A stretch of DNA of 64,000 nucleotides from the human T2T-CHM13v2.0 reference genome, Homo sapiens (GCF_009914755.1 NC_060928.1), one strand, 5' to 3'. Counted from the stretch's first letter, positions 27,070-41,400 are shown. Notes: generated from the letters alone by a model not told the origin. A program made the numbers and translations.

Positions 27070-30035
27070 TTTAGACCCAAAGGCATAGGGTCTACCACTA
27101 GGTTATTCCTGTCTGCCCAATAGTCATGATGACCAAGATTTCCTATTCTTCCAGCCTGTAAACGAGATTCTTTGAACATATATAGACACTAAATTATGGT
27201 GGGGTCTTGGTTCTAGCACAGTCTAGGTGGTAATAGATGTTTGCTCCAAAATTACAGCCTTTATTTTCTCTATTGCAGCCACACACCAATCTCTAATTAT
27301 GATCATATATTTTAATATTTTAGTCAAGATCTAAAGGTATTTCTTTATCAACCTTCATATTAAAATTATAGATCCCCCCTGTTTTTTTTTCTTTTCAGTG
27401 TTTACTATTATATCAACAGCCACACAAAATTTAAGGATCTGTGGCTACCCAAGTGGCTTTTCAGAATATTCTGTGCATAACAGGGGATTCCCATTGACCA
27501 CAGGGCCCATTTCTGCATCTTATATACTGGGAAGGCCACAGAAGAGAATAGTGGGCTTAGTAATCAATGGGCACATTCAGATCAGGGAAATATCAAATTT
27601 CATAAATTTGGACTGCTCTGAGAAGAGAAGGAGGTGTTACGCGATTGAGTGGGATAACAGATATCCATGTGATCCTTGATATGTCTGTGTGCATAATTAC
27701 ATATTATCCCCAAAAATACACCACAATACACACAAACACACACAAATCCACCAAATCTTATCCCAAAAGCCTGTGATCAGAATTATGTACATTTCTGAGG
27801 CTAAGATCTCTCAAAGGACATCTTTGTTGTGTTTTTATTTAGCATAAACAATCCAAGATGGCTAGTGAAGGTCTTCTTTTATCCTTTTTATAGTTAGGAT
27901 TTTTTGTTACTTAACTTTCATCACTCTTCATTGGATAAATTGTCAGCATTCATTTTCAAACCTGGTAGTCACTTCCAGTAATCGCCCTGAGACTTTGTTT
28001 GCTACATAGCAATGTAACAGGTATAGACTTTTGTTTTAACAGTTGCCAATTACAATATGAAAAGAAAATACACGTTGTTTGTAAAACAGTTGCTAAAATT
28101 AAAACAAGCTTATGAATAAAAGAAAAATCAACAGTTATATGACAGTCTAGATCTACAAATATTCCTGTTTTCAAAAACTGTCTTACAGAATTGGGCTTAT
28201 ATATGAAAAGGTGTATTTTTCTTTCCGGTTAAAGCATATCCCACGTTGTTATTTTGTTTCTAAAGGTATGATTTTAGAAACCTCAAAAGACTGGAAATCC
28301 AAGCCACAATCTGGAGAAAATGGCCAAAGGTTCCATTGTGAGAAGAATGTGGTGAACTGATACCCTTGTGTTGCTACAGGGACCCTTGCAGGGGTCTTGA
28401 TGAGTTTTGTGACAGAGAACTGGCTCAGGTCTAGAAATTGGTCAAGGGATAAAAGTTTTCCATTGCAGTGACTGACATCAGCATTCAGCTTTTAATCCTC
28501 TTTGGTTGTATAAATCAAGTCATGTTTTTTGCCTATTCTCTGTTTCATCCTTAGGAATTCTGTGGTCTGTTTTCCACCACCATAGGTACTTACGGGTCGA
28601 GGATGATTTGTTATCCCTTCAATCTTGCTTCCCATTTAAATAATTATAAAAAAAACTGTTATGCAGGTTAATTACCACCATCTGGCCTCTCATATTCTAT
28701 AGTCCTTTCATCCCATTAGTAGTAGGGAACCTTGTTTCAAGGCAGCATCTCTTATTATCAATCCTGGATTTCAAAGGAAGACCACCAGGAAACTTCTCAT
28801 CATAGGATCTCTCACTAGTGATTTTCTTACAGTTTTAGCAAAGGGATTTTTTTTTTCTCAGCCCTCTTGGGGAACCTAATGAGCTAATGGAGTTTGGTTT
28901 CCTCCAGTAAATCCTTTCTGAAATGCCCAAACCTATCAGCCTGACAATCCCTTCCACAATTTTGAAGGCAATTTTGGCATTTCTACAGCATTCAGTATAA
29001 GCTATTGTCATTATTAAGTGAAGGCAATTTTGCCATTTCTATAGCTATTGTCATTATTAAGTTTCAAGGAGCCATCTCAGCAAGAGGTCAGAATAAGGCC
29101 TGTGTCACGACATTGTATTATGAATCCTAGGAGGGTGTCATAATACCAATAAACTCTTCCCTATCCAGTCATTTAATACTATATCTCAATACTGGAGTCG
29201 ACCACCCTCCTCTACTCCCAAACATATTCTCCAAATTGCTAAACCTGTTGTTTCTATTGTCCAGGACCTGCAGTTATTTTTGGTAAATAAGCCAGTTCCT
29301 TCTACAACAAGGACCATATTTCCCTGCATGGTCCATGCTGAGTCTTGGCCCTAATTACTGGTGAAGAGGAAATTGAGATAGGCAAGGACAGATTGTGAGG
29401 AGGGTAAGCATCATCACATGAGGCATGCAACTCAGGTGAAGCCTCTTCATATTCTCCAGCTAAACAGAGTTTTCTTCCAGCTGTTTTTTCAAGGTTCTCA
29501 AGATCATTAGCCCATATGCCCCCTCCTTCAAGTCTCAGTTTCCCATTTCTTCAGTATGTGAGACCTAATGTTAGCATGGAAGACCTGCTAGTCTTTGCAT
29601 TCATTCTCTCTCGCAACTTGGTTATACTTATGATAAAACCCTGTGCCTGAATTTCTTCCCAGCAGATGATGTATTTAAATGCTGCTATGTAGGACACCTG
29701 GCTTTCACAACATTCCCTGAGTTGATAATTATGATCTGAGCCTTTCATTTTTCTTCAAAACCGCTAAGCTATCTCCACAATCTTTATAATTACTTTTTGC
29801 CCTTATATCTTTCCAGTCCTAGGGGTACTTCACAAGCCAGTGCTCCCCATTTCACCTGCATCTCATCTTATTTGCTAAGGATGAGAGTTTTGGTAATTAC
29901 GATGCTATGTCATGACATAGGCTATCACCATCCCACTTATCATCAGCAATGGGTTGCTTGTTGCCATCTGACTAGTGACTAATCTAATTTCAGGATCCCA
30001 TCTGGAGTGTCTGCTTTCAAGGATTACTTTTGAAT
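27070..30035 (-). mobile_element. Ancient class III ERV internal region (ERV3-16A3/HERV16-like), heavily decayed
   Basis: The reverse complement near 28510-28570 resembles the gag segment of the HERV-L at 5280-5360. It adjoins an LTR16-like LTR. The left boundary is approximate. Confidence 0.6.
28963..29062. repeat. Imperfect tandem duplication (56 bp + 44 bp)
   Basis: TGAAGGCAATTTTG(G/C)CATTTCTA...AGCTATTGTCATTATTAAGT occurs twice; copy 2 lacks about 13 internal bases. Confidence 0.9.
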
Positions 30036-30497
30036 TATACTAAATTGGGTTCATACAAAGCGGACCCTCAGAAAAAGCCTTAAACTCAGGTGGTTCATTT
30101 GGAAAATGATGCCAAGAAGCACAAATGAGGGATCTTGGAAATATCAAGGAAGGAGTAACACTATTAAAGAATGTGCAGAAGAATGAATTACTCTTCTGGG
30201 ATCCTGGCTACCCAACTGGGATGTTCTGAGAAATGTGTTTTGGGAATTTGTGGCATCGATTTACCTACTGCCACCTCTGAGGGTTGTTCTTGAAAGAATT
30301 AATTCCACACAATTCTGGGTTATCCATAAAAGGGCCAAGGAAGCCCCTACCACTGGGGAAGAAAGCCCTCAGGCTGAGAAGAAGAAAGACATGCACTTCC
30401 GGTGCAAACCTGTAAATATGCAAGAAACTGTGGATCACAGCAACAAATCATCTCAGACAAAGACTGAGGAGGTAGAAATAATTGAAGATTATCTACA
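30036..30497 (-). mobile_element. LTR16-family LTR
   Basis: TTGGGTTC...AAGCGGACCCTCAGA...TTCATTTGGAAAATGATGCCAAGAAGCAC resembles the antisense LTR16 end; terminates in CTACA. Confidence 0.7.
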
Positions 30498-30574
30498 ACT
30501 ATCAACTTATGTCCAAATTTGTTTCTTTATAATTCTCATCTCTTTAACACCTCCATCCTTAGCAGGGTTATAAT

Positions 30575-31500
30575 TTTATCTATAAATATGTAGAAACATA
30601 TCTTTAAAAGGGAGCAGTTATTTAAAAATATAACCATGAGAATTTCACTTTACCTTAAAAAGGAGCAATTATTCCATAATATCACTCATTTATATCAAGT
30701 ATGTCCAATTGTTAAATTTTTTAGTTTGAATAAAAATCTAAAGATGCTCTACACATTTAAATAAATTTTAAGTCTTCCCATCTATAGTCTCTTTCTCTTT
30801 CTCTTCTTCTCTCCTTCATTAAAAAATAGTTATGATCATGTTTCTGCATTTAGCTGTCTTTATCTCCATTATGCTAACATGTTTCTCTCTGACTTATATT
30901 TTTTGCAGAGTACCTGTTAGATCTAAAGTCTTGCTGCTATGTTAGCAAATTACCTAGATTCATGTTTTCTTTCCAAGGGTTTGAAAAAAATGTTGATTTT
31001 ATAATTCTATTACTATTTATGCACTGGAATACTTCTATAAAAAATATATTCCCCCATCAACTGTAAAATTACTCTAAATGAAATATAAGGTTCACATAGG
31101 AAATCAAGTTCAAATGTGGTTTCTTTCCCTTCATCATTTTAACAATATTGAATTGTTTCTTTAGCAGTATTAGAAGGTCACTGATATTTTTTAATATCAC
31201 TATAATTATGAACTTATAAATTTGAAAAGATTTGATGGGTTTCATTCAAGTCACTGCATTTTATTGTTTCCACGGACACACTAGCTCTCCTGACTTTAGC
31301 CAGTGGAGCCTCTTAGCATTTTGGTATGACAGATTTAGGATTAGCTATTTTTCTAGGGAGCCCTTGGTTTTGTTTTTAGTAAAAATTATAGTTTAGATTC
31401 CATAATCTGGGTGCTAGGGGCACTCGTTATTGAATTGATAATTGATTCTTTTTAGTGAACAGAGATCTTTAAAAAGCTATATTTTTTAAAAAAAAGTAAA
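30575..31500 (-). mobile_element. L1MC4/5-like 3' fragment
   Basis: AGCTATTTTTCTAGGGAGCCCTTGG...ATCTGGGTGCTAGGGG resembles the L1MC 3'UTR. Confidence 0.55.
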
Positions 31501-32009
31501 ACACTTCTTGAGTTCAATTTGGGGAATAAAAAATTATATTTTTGTTTATATATACATACACTAGTGTTATTTTCTTTCTTCAAATTTTTGATCTCTGATG
31601 ATATTAGCATGTTAATTTTTTTCCTGTGTGTGAGTGAACATAAATGCAATAGATTCAGGATACTCATACAACTTATAGGTACATAGTTATGAAGGAACAC
31701 CAATTAAGCTTCTTTCTTTTTCATTTTTTAAATTCTTATGAGACTTTCATACTTTTAGCACTGAAAGTCCTAAATCCTGGTTTTAAAACCAAAATTCTCT
31801 CTTTCCTGGAGCTTCATGAATCCAGGGAAGACTGGGACAGTTGGTTACATTAGTTTATGATAATGTACATCCTGATAGGTATGTTCAGTCAAATTTATTA
31901 GAAATAATTGTTCCATGTTTGCTTAAGCCATCCACTCTATAAACAGGCATGCATGTTTTATTCACTTTAAGTTTCCAGAGATTGTAATACAATTACAATT
32001 TAATTGTTT

Positions 32010-32621
32010 CATTCTCACTTGGACACAATCCAACTAGGCTTTCACTTTCCATCATGCCATTAAAGCTGCCTTTATCAGTTACCTCTAAATTATGATATTG
32101 AATTCTTAGTTTTCTATTCGTCAATGGTATTTGAAACAGATGATTATTTTCTACTCATTGAAAAGCTTTATTTTGCACAAAACTGATTTAGAGACATAAT
32201 TTTCTCTTCATTTAACTCTACTGCTACATTGTCCATTCTCAATTTTTTCTCATTTCCTCGATCTCTAAAGTTGAAAACGCCAAAATTCAATCCTTGGATT
32301 TTTTCCAATTTTTGTCAGTGTTAACTGTCTCGTTAATGTCATTCAGCTACTGGCTTTTATATACCTTTTACTGATTACTGCCAAATATATATTGCTAGCT
32401 TGGACCACTGCCCTAATCCAGTTTGTATATTCAACTTCCTGTTTTCAAATCTCTACTTAGTTATCTAGTAAATGACTCAGACTTAATATGTACAAAACCA
32501 GCTGCTGATTTCTGAGCTGCTCCATCTTGTCTTTCCACACTTCTTCTCATCTCAGTGTGTTTAACACTATTCTTTAAATTGCCCAGGTCAAAATCCTTGG
32601 AGTCACGCTTGACTCATCTCT
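32010..32621 (+). mobile_element. L2 element, 5' piece (split by the L1MB)
   Basis: L2 RT-like sequence ending AAATCCTTGGAGTCACGCTTGACTCATCTC. Confidence 0.75.
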
Positions 32622-32866
32622 TTTTTTAAAAGATGTTATGGTGATAAAATTCACATACCATCATATCCACCCATTTAATTCAAGTATATAATTCAAATCT
32701 TTTAGTATATGTGCAACCATCACCACAGTCACTTTTAGAGCTTTTTCATCACCTCACAAGGAAACCCTGTAATTATTACCGTCTCCCTTCCGAGCCACCC
32801 AGCCCTACGTAGCTAATAATCTACTTGCTGTCTATATACTTGCTAATTCTAGGCATTTCTTTTATA

Positions 32867-33189
32867 CAATTGTTCCTCGGTATCTGCAGGGGAATAGTTC
32901 CAGGACTCCCGCGAATACCAAAATCCACAGATACTCAAATTCTTTATATAATATGAAGCAGTATTTGTATATAACCTACACACATCCTCTCACACACTTT
33001 AAATCATCCTCAGATTACTAATAATACTTAATACAATGTAAATGCTATGTAAATAGTTCTTACACTGTATTTTTAGTTGTATTATTTTTAATAAAATTGT
33101 TTTAATATTTTTATTTTTAAAAATATATTTTTGATCCATGGATGATTGAATCCACAAATGTGAAACCAACAGATACAGAGGGCTGACAA
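32867..33189. mobile_element. MER2-type TcMar-Tigger non-autonomous DNA transposon inside the L1MB
   Basis: Decayed terminal inverted repeats CAATTGTTCCTCGGTATCTG / CAGATACAGAGGGCTGACAA, flanked by TA. Confidence 0.85.
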
Positions 33190-36100
33190 TAACATGAGAT
33201 CTTTGGTAACTGACTTCTTTCACTTAACATCATGTTTTTAAGATTGATCCATGTTGTAGCATGCATCAGCACTTTGTTCCTTTGGATGGTTGAATGATAT
33301 TCTGTTGTATAGATATACTACTTCTGTTTATTCATCAAATGATGGACAGTTGTGTTTTTTCCCTTGCCCTTTTACAGTTATGAATAACACTGCTGCAAAC
33401 ATTCATATACAAGTTTTTGTGTAGACCTTTATTTTCATTTCTCTTGGATATATACCAAGGAGTGGAATTTCTGGGTCATGTGGTAACTCTCTGTTTTACC
33501 TTTTGTGAAACTTTCCGACTGTTTTCCAAAGTGGCTGAACAGTTTTAAATTCCTACCAGCAGTATATGAGAGTTCTGATTTATCCACTTACTTTCCAATA
33601 CTTGTTATTACCTAACTTTTTGGTTTCAGAAATATTTAGTGGGTGTGAAGTGGTATCTCACTGTGGTTTTGCTATACATTTTCCTGGAAGATGACTAAAT
33701 TACCTGATAGTTGACTAGAAATGCAAAACATCTTATTATATGCTTATTGGTCATTTGTATATTGTTTTGGAAAAATGTCTATACATATTTTTTTGCTCAT
33801 TTTAATTGGGTTATCTTTTTATTATAAGTTGTAAGAGTTATTTGCATACTCTAGATTCAAGTTCCTATTAAGATATATGATTTTCCAATATATTCTCCCA
33901 TTTTGTGGTTTGCTTTTTCATGTATTGAGAGTGTCCTTGGAAGCACAGATTTTATTTTTTATGAAGTCCAATTTATCTATATTTTCTTTTGTTGCTTGTG
34001 CTTTTGGTGTTATATGTAAAAATTAATTGTCAAACCTGAGGTCATGCAGATTTACTCCTAAGTTTTTTTCTCAGAAATTATTCATGTTTAGCTATGAAAT
34101 TTTGGTCTTTTGTGTTAATTTTTGCATCTTTTGTAAAGTAAGCGTCCAGTTATTGTAAAGATTATTCTTCCTCCCATTGAACGGTCTTGGGACTCTTGTC
34201 AAAAACAGTTGACTATAGACTCATGAGTTAATTTCTGTGCCTTTAATTCTATGCTATCGATCTATATGTCTACCCATATTCCAGTACCATACTGACCAGA
34301 TTATTTTGCTTTGTAGTAAGTTTTGCAACTGGGAAATGTGAGCTCTCCTATTTTGCTTTACTTTTTAAAGATGTTTTGGCTATCCTGAGTTCATTGCAAA
34401 CCTTAGAATCAACTTGTTAATTTCTGCAGAGAACCCGGCAGAAATACTGATAAGGTTTGCATTGAATCTGTAGATCAATCTAGAGAGTATTTCCATCTTA
34501 ACAATATTAAATCTTCTGATGGAGAAATATGGACTCTTCTTCTATTTATTTAGATCATTTCTAATTTTCTTCAATAATATTTTCTCATTTTCAGAATATA
34601 CATTTTGCATTTCTCTAGTTAAATTTACTCCTAAGTATTTCATTCTTTTTGTTGTTGTTCTAAATTGTTTTCTTAATTTTACTTTTAGGTTTTTCGTACA
34701 AGTGCAGGGAAATACAATTGAATTTTGCATATCAATCTTACATCCTGCAAATTTGCTGAACTCATTCATTAATTATAAAAATTGTATTGTATTCCTTAGG
34801 ATTTTCTATAAAAAAGAACATGCCATCTGCAAGTATAGTTTTACTTTCCAAATGTATGCTTTCTTTTTCTCTTTTTAAAATGCTTACTTCTGTATTTTTT
34901 GCCTAATTATGCTGGCTAGAACATTCACCATAATGACGCATAGAAACAAAGAGAGCAGACATCCTTTTATTGTTCCTGATCTTAAGGAGAAAGTTCAATA
35001 TTTTACCATTAAGTACAATGTCAGTTGTGGGTTTTTTTAGATACCTTTTATCTGATTGAGGAAGTTTCCTGCTATTCTGAGTGCTTTCATCACGAAAAAG
35101 CATAGAACTTTGTCAAATGCTTTTTTGTGTGTCTAATGAGATAATCGTGTTTTTTTCAAAAATATCCTATTGATATATTACTTAGATTAAATGATTTTGA
35201 GATATTCTATCCATTTGACCAAGTTGTATAGTTATTTTTATGTGTTTTTGGATTTGCTTTGCTAGTAGTTTGTTGAGAATTTTTGCATCTATATTGGTCA
35301 GTAATTTTCTCTCCTTGTGATACTTTATTTGGTTTTGGTATTATGGTAATAATGGCTCATATAATGAGCTAGGATGTCCTGCTTCTCTTCTATATTTTGG
35401 AAAAGTTTATGAAATATTTGTGTTAATTTTTAAGTGTTGTTAGAATTCTCCAGTGAAGCCACCTGGACCTAAGATTTTCCCTGTGGGCATTTTTTAAAAA
35501 TAATTAATTTTTTACTGTTACAGGTTTATTCAGATTGTCTATTTCTTTTTGAGTAAGTTTCAGTAGCTTATATTTTCTTCTAAGAAATTGTCCATTTTAC
35601 CTAAGTTAGCAAATGTATTGGTATACCATTGTTTGTAATACTCCTAAGTAATCCTTTTCACTTTCATAAGGTCAGTATAATTTCATTTCTGATTCTAGTA
35701 ATTGGACTATTCACTTGTTTTTTATTTGTTAATCTAGCTAAATGTTTATAAATGTTGTTGATGTTTTCTCAATTGTTTTTCACTATTGTATTTATACCGT
35801 CAAGTTCAGTAAGTTCCACTCTAATCTTTAACACTTCCTTCCTTCTGCTTGCTTTAGATTTAATTTTTTTTCCCCCGATATCTTTCGGTGGAAGCTTAGG
35901 TTGTGGATTTTAGATTTTTCTTCTTTTTAATACAAGCATTTATAGCTATAATTTTTTATTTAAACACTGCATTTGCAGCATCCCATATGTTTTGGCATGT
36001 TGTATTTTTACTTTTACTTATGTCAGGTATTTTCTAATTTTTTTTGACTTGTTATTTGACTCATGAGTTATTTATCAGTGGGTTGTTTAATTTTCACATA

Positions 36101-36596
36101 TTTGTGGGCTTTTCAAATTCCTTTCTGTTATTTAATTTGTTTTCGTAGTCAGATAAAATATGTTGTACTGTTTCTATCCTTTTACGTTTATTGATGTTTG
36201 TTTCATAGTTTAGCATACAATCTGTCTTGTAGAATGTTACATGTGCACATTAGAAAAGTGTGTATCCTGTTGTTGTTAGGTGGGTATTCTGTAGATATTT
36301 GAGTATCTGTTAGGTCTAGTACTTTTATAGTATTGTTAGTGTCATATATTTTCTTGTTCATCTGCTTAATTGTTTTATCTGTTATTGAGAGTGGGGTTTT
36401 AAGCCTCCAGTTGTTATTGTTGAGTTGTGTATGTCTCCTTCCATATCTTTTTCTTCACATATTTTGGTGTTCTATTATTATGTGCATATATATGTTCATC
36501 ACTATTGTATCTTCCTAATAAATTGACCCTTTTATCATTATAAAATGTTCCTCTTTCTAGTCTCATATCTCCCTCTCTCTTTTTGGTTTTAAAGTC

Positions 36597-36902
36597 TATT
36601 TCTGATTTTAGCTTAGTCATTTCATCTTTATTGTGGTTGTTATTTTTTCATCCTTTTACTTTCAAATTGTATATTTGAATCTAAAATGTGTCTCCTGTAG
36701 ACACCATAGAGTGCATATTATTTTTTAAATCCATGTCTGCTCTCTTTTATATTTCTAATTTTAGCTTAGTCATTTCATCTTTATTGTGGTTGTTATTTTT
36801 CATCCTTTTACTTTCATTCAAATTGTATATGTGAATCTAAAATGTGTCTCCTTTAGACAGCACAGAGTACATATTATTTTTAATCCATTCCTGCTATCTC
36901 TT
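36597..36902. repeat. Tandem duplication of about 153 bp within L1MB ORF2
   Basis: TTTTAGCTTAGTCATTTCATCTTTATTGTGGTTG...GAATCTAAAATGTGTCTCCT...AATCCAT occurs twice; units start at 36597 and 36750. Confidence 0.95.
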
Positions 36903-37679
36903 CCTTTGATCCAATTTTTTAAAATTCTCTAATATTTAATGTTATTATTGATATAGCTGGATTTATGTCTACCATTTTTAATTTTTTTTATGTCTCATAT
37001 CTTTTTGTCACTTGATTCTTCTTTTCCTCATCTCCTTTTTAATGCATTGAGTAGGGACTAATGTATCATTTTAATTTTTGTAGTAATTTTCTGCTATATG
37101 TTTTTGAATGGTTGCTTTAGGACATATTATATATGTTTTAATTTTTCAGAATAAGCTTCATATTTATATTAACTTAATTTCAGTACACCCAGGATAGATC
37201 ATTCATCCAATGAATGTAGGCTGAGAAGAAAAAAGGAGCCTCCACCTCTTAGCCCCAGCAACAGGCTATGACTAGGATGTGAAATGCTGACATCCTGCCC
37301 CTTCCAAGAAAGTAACACTTCAGCTGGTTTCTGGTGGCCTGGAGAGCCCTGTTTTTGGCTATCCAAGTCTGGAGTGTTATTTTTGTCTTAATAAATTTGG
37401 AGAACATTCTTCCAACCACAGTGATTTGGGAGGAGAGACAGTCACATATACCAAAGACTCAAATACCAAAGACTCACTGTTCTTATTGGGTTTTAGTATA
37501 TTTTCTTGAATATATGTTTTTTGATTTTCTGTTTGCCCTTAGAACAATTTTCAAAGACATTAGATGCATTTTTATTTTGTTTCATTTTTAAAAAAATAAT
37601 TCTCACCTGTTTCACAGGATAGTAGGTCTGTGGAGCCCCTCATGCCATTGTGCCACAAGTAGAACTTTTGATGTGTTTA

Positions 37680-38495
37680 CCTCATATTCCATATTCAATA
37701 TGTGAGCTAATCTTTGTCTACTTAAAATTATTAAGAATTTAGATAACATGTTCAATCTCTATTGCAGCCACCTTTGTCCAGTCCACAGTCATTTTTTTTT
37801 TGGCTGGATTTGTGAAAAACTTTCTAACTGATCTCTCTTCTGGACTTTACTTTCTATTTTTCATTTTCAGAACAGAAAACAGAGTGATGTTTTTCAAGCA
37901 TAAATCAGAGTACACCTATCTTTCATTCAGAACTCACCAATGCCTTCTCAACTCATGCTGAGAGAAAAATTACTCCTATTTAATGTATCTGTAGACCCTC
38001 TGTTATGATACCGTATGCCTCACAGACCATATTTCTACCCTTCCTGTCAATTACTCTTTATTTATACTGGTCTTCTTGCTGTTTTTCATACACACTTGGC
38101 ATGTGCCCACCTCAGTACCCTTGTAATGGACTGTTCCCACTGCTTAGAATGGACTTTCCACAGATATCTGTGTGGTCCACTCTCTTCCTATTTTTAAGTC
38201 TTTGCTCAAATTTACTTTCTCCACAAAGTCCACCCTGATTATTCCATTTCAAATTAAAATCCTCTCCCTGAAATTCCCTATTCTCCTTCTTTGTTTCATT
38301 TTTATTCATAGTGCTTATCTTCTTCTAATAAGTGACAGTACATAAATTAGTGTATTATATGTTCACTTCTATGACAATGAAACTTTATAGAATAAGAAAT
38401 TTATGGCTTTTTTCATCAGTATGATATAGCCAAAGCCTAGGAAACTTATTTAAGGATGTTAAGCACTCAATAAATCCTTATTGAACAAATGGATT
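37680..38495 (+). mobile_element. L2 element, 3' piece
   Basis: Colinear continuation of 32010-32621, ending AAGCACTCAATAAATCCTTATTGAACAAATGGA. Confidence 0.8.
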
Positions 38496-41400
38496 ATTGA
38501 TGGTCCTCAACAGTATATCAATTTCATTAAAGCAAATACTGTGTCATATGCCCAGAGTTATGCCTTAAAGCTTGAACAATCTATGTCTTCAAAAAACTAT
38601 TTTTTGAGTCAATATTAAGAAAGTCTTTTAAAAACTTGGCTCATGTTTACTATATATTATTATTCTCCTCATGTATTTTTTGCAAGTATTTTATTGCAGA
38701 TGTTTTAATTTTTTATGCTCTTAATTAGTGCTTTAAGATGTAACTTAAGAAAATTTGCATGTATCTAGGTAAATGGACCACCCAGTTCAGCCTCTGAGGA
38801 CTTTCCAGAGGACCAAAGTTCCAGATCATTTTAAATAAATGCCTAGACCAGTTGCTAAAAATTCCTATTTTACCACCTCCCCATATTTTCCAATGGCTGT
38901 GTCACTAGGGCTGGTTCTTTTCTGTATTGTCCTCAGTGAGGCTGCATACACTCATGCTCTGTAGTGCAGCCACTGTGGCCCTGTGTGGATGTAGCCTCTT
39001 TAAAGGAGATCCTTGATTGTAGGAGATGGACTATTATTTTTTCCCAATAGAAAAAGAAATTGCATACATTGTTGCTTGAGTTGACTCTGAAAGTAAAGTA
39101 ACATGAGTAAACACTGCAAATTTCAAACTCTTGTTTCCACCAAGCAAATTTGTCTATTGTCAAAGCAAATCCAGATTATTCTGTAGTTCAAATTATTCTA
39201 TGCATGCAAGTTGTACGTCTGAGGTTATGTATTCTCTCATTCCCTTTTGTTAGCACAGGTAAAAGAAAGGATCAAACAGAATTTTATGCTTAAGAGTTGT
39301 TCATTTTAAGGCCAAATTCCATTTCCATCTTATAATAGAGACCTGTAACAGAATGATGGAAACCTAGTCATAAGTGTGGTAGAAAAGAAAATCTGTACAT
39401 TAAATGAGAGATGCCAGGACTTTTTCCTCAGAGCTCCATGAATAAATATCAAATCCACTTTATTGTTGGTTGGGGGAAAATAAAAAAACAACCTGAAGTT
39501 GGGTGATTTGGGTGTTGCAAGGAGTCGACACTGATCGCTGCCAAACTTTCTATTTATTTTCTGTCAGACAAAATGTTTAATTTGGATGCCATGTGTTTCT
39601 GGGAGATATAAATATTTCTTTCATAAATATATGACTGGCATAATTATTTTCTCTTTCCTCTAACTCAGCATTCTAGCAATTTTTAACTCTAAGGGTTAGA
39701 AGTAACAGCAATTTAGCATTTTTTCATGCTTTGCTTTTTATGCAGACCATGTACTTACCAAGTCAACTGTGTTAGTAGAGGTGATTTCTTGCTTAAGCTG
39801 TTCTTATGGATAGAATTTCACTGTGACAATATGTAAGCAATGCTTTGAGCATGCTGAGGGAATTCAATAATCAGATTATGATTCCCTACCTAATAGTGGA
39901 AATGTAAAAGTTTCACAAACTTTTCTGTCAAAGGACATGCTGCCTAAAAGCAGCAAAGTGGCCTTAAATGTCTTATACATTAACAACTATTTACCCCTAT
40001 TTATGTAACTCATCGTCATGATTATTGAGAAATATGCACACCAGAAAAGGAAATAAATTATTTCAGATAAAAATATTTTTTAAGGATAGAAAAACAGTAT
40101 TTTGAAAGCCTGGCAAAGTTTTTGAGGGATCACTGATGCTGTATGTACAGGTGAGATATTAAGCATGTATTTTTATAATTCAGGTGACATTTTACTCCTA
40201 CCCCCGGCCCTGATAGTTGTAGCAAAAGAAGTCTATTTTAGTAATCTAGGTGGGTCAATCTTTGGTTCAAATTATATGTGCAGACCTAGCCTTGGCCATC
40301 CGTGTTTACTACTCCCTCTGCTTTGCATGCCCAGGAATTTGATATGTGATATTGCCATTTGCCCTGGAGAGTTTTTTAGTCTGTTTCCAGGCCCTATGCA
40401 AATAAATAATTTCCTCACAAACCAGGCCATGCATAAGTTGAGTTCTTCATATTTAATATTGCTAAGATGTATGGTTCCACAAACCAAACATGTTATTTTC
40501 AAATGTCTCACTAAACTGAAAGTACTATACTAATAATCTGTTTTATCGAATGCTTACAATTCTAAAGAAAAAGGTTTATGGCTCTGCTTCATCTTTGTGG
40601 GATACATGTTTAATGGACACATTTCTCTTTAAATCAACATTTTTACACAAAAGGATTGGGTTGTTGAAAAGAATGAGACTTAACTCTCTACACATACTCC
40701 ATCTGTAGTACACCAAAGGAATTTCATTGCAGGAGAAGAAAACTAAGTATAAACTATATTAGGAAACAGTCATCAAAACTAACTGCTGTAATAGAGAAGT
40801 ATATTCTTATTTTATATATAGTGTATTGGGTTGCTCTGGTAGCAGTAAACATTGTTAAGCGGGAAAAAACTGTGAAATGTTTTGACTATTATGCTTAGCA
40901 TTGATGGCCCAAAAGACACACTTTTTCTGCCATTTTTCCCCGTCAAGCAAATGGTCCATTATGAAGGAATGGTGCCTCCGTTTAAAACCAAGCCAGATTT
41001 TAGGACTCAAATATTTCTTTGTCTCTGGTTTAGTGTCCATGATTATTAGGTTAGTTTTTCTACTTTGCCAAAGCCTAAGAATCTGGGAGAGAAAAGCAAC
41101 AAGAATTCATATTTAAGCATTTTTTTTTCTTTTTAATTCATCTGTATTTATTACAACCTTTTTAAGCAGAATGTGACTCGGGTACTATGTTTCCATTCAC
41201 CAGCCTCATTGTGAGTTATTTTTTGAACTTAGTAGACCAAATCTTTTGTCAGTAATGTGTTCTTAGATTTACGTTGATGGTTAGGAGAAAAATAGTCATT
41301 CCAGGTACTAGGATATTTAAGCTTTTATGTTTTGTTATCATTAATGTCATTCACAAGCTAGTCATTAATGTTCTTTTTTCCTACTTTAAGCAGTTCAGAA

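Larger units (their letters stand above)
32622..37665 (-). mobile_element. L1MB-type LINE-1: 3'UTR, most of ORF2 and a 5'UTR tip; ORF1 absent
   Basis: L1MB-like 3' end (AAAATTCACATACCAT...GTGCAACCATCACCACA); ORF 34542..34769 (NEFSKFAGCKIDMQNS...KYLGVNLT); EN-like remnant near 36400-36620; L1M 5'-end-like GGAGCCCCTCATGCCATTG near 37640. Confidence 0.85.

Noticed and set aside
27375-27400. Strong-looking acceptor (T-rich tract then CAG) before ORF 27398..27679
   Set aside because: It is antisense to an A-rich stretch of the decayed ERV, no convincing donor follows, and the peptide is unrecognisable.
38940-38971. Hairpin GGCTGCATACA-loop-TGTAGTGCAGCC as a small RNA
   Set aside because: An 11-bp bulged stem is too short for a pre-miRNA, has no snoRNA or tRNA motifs, and is plausible by chance.
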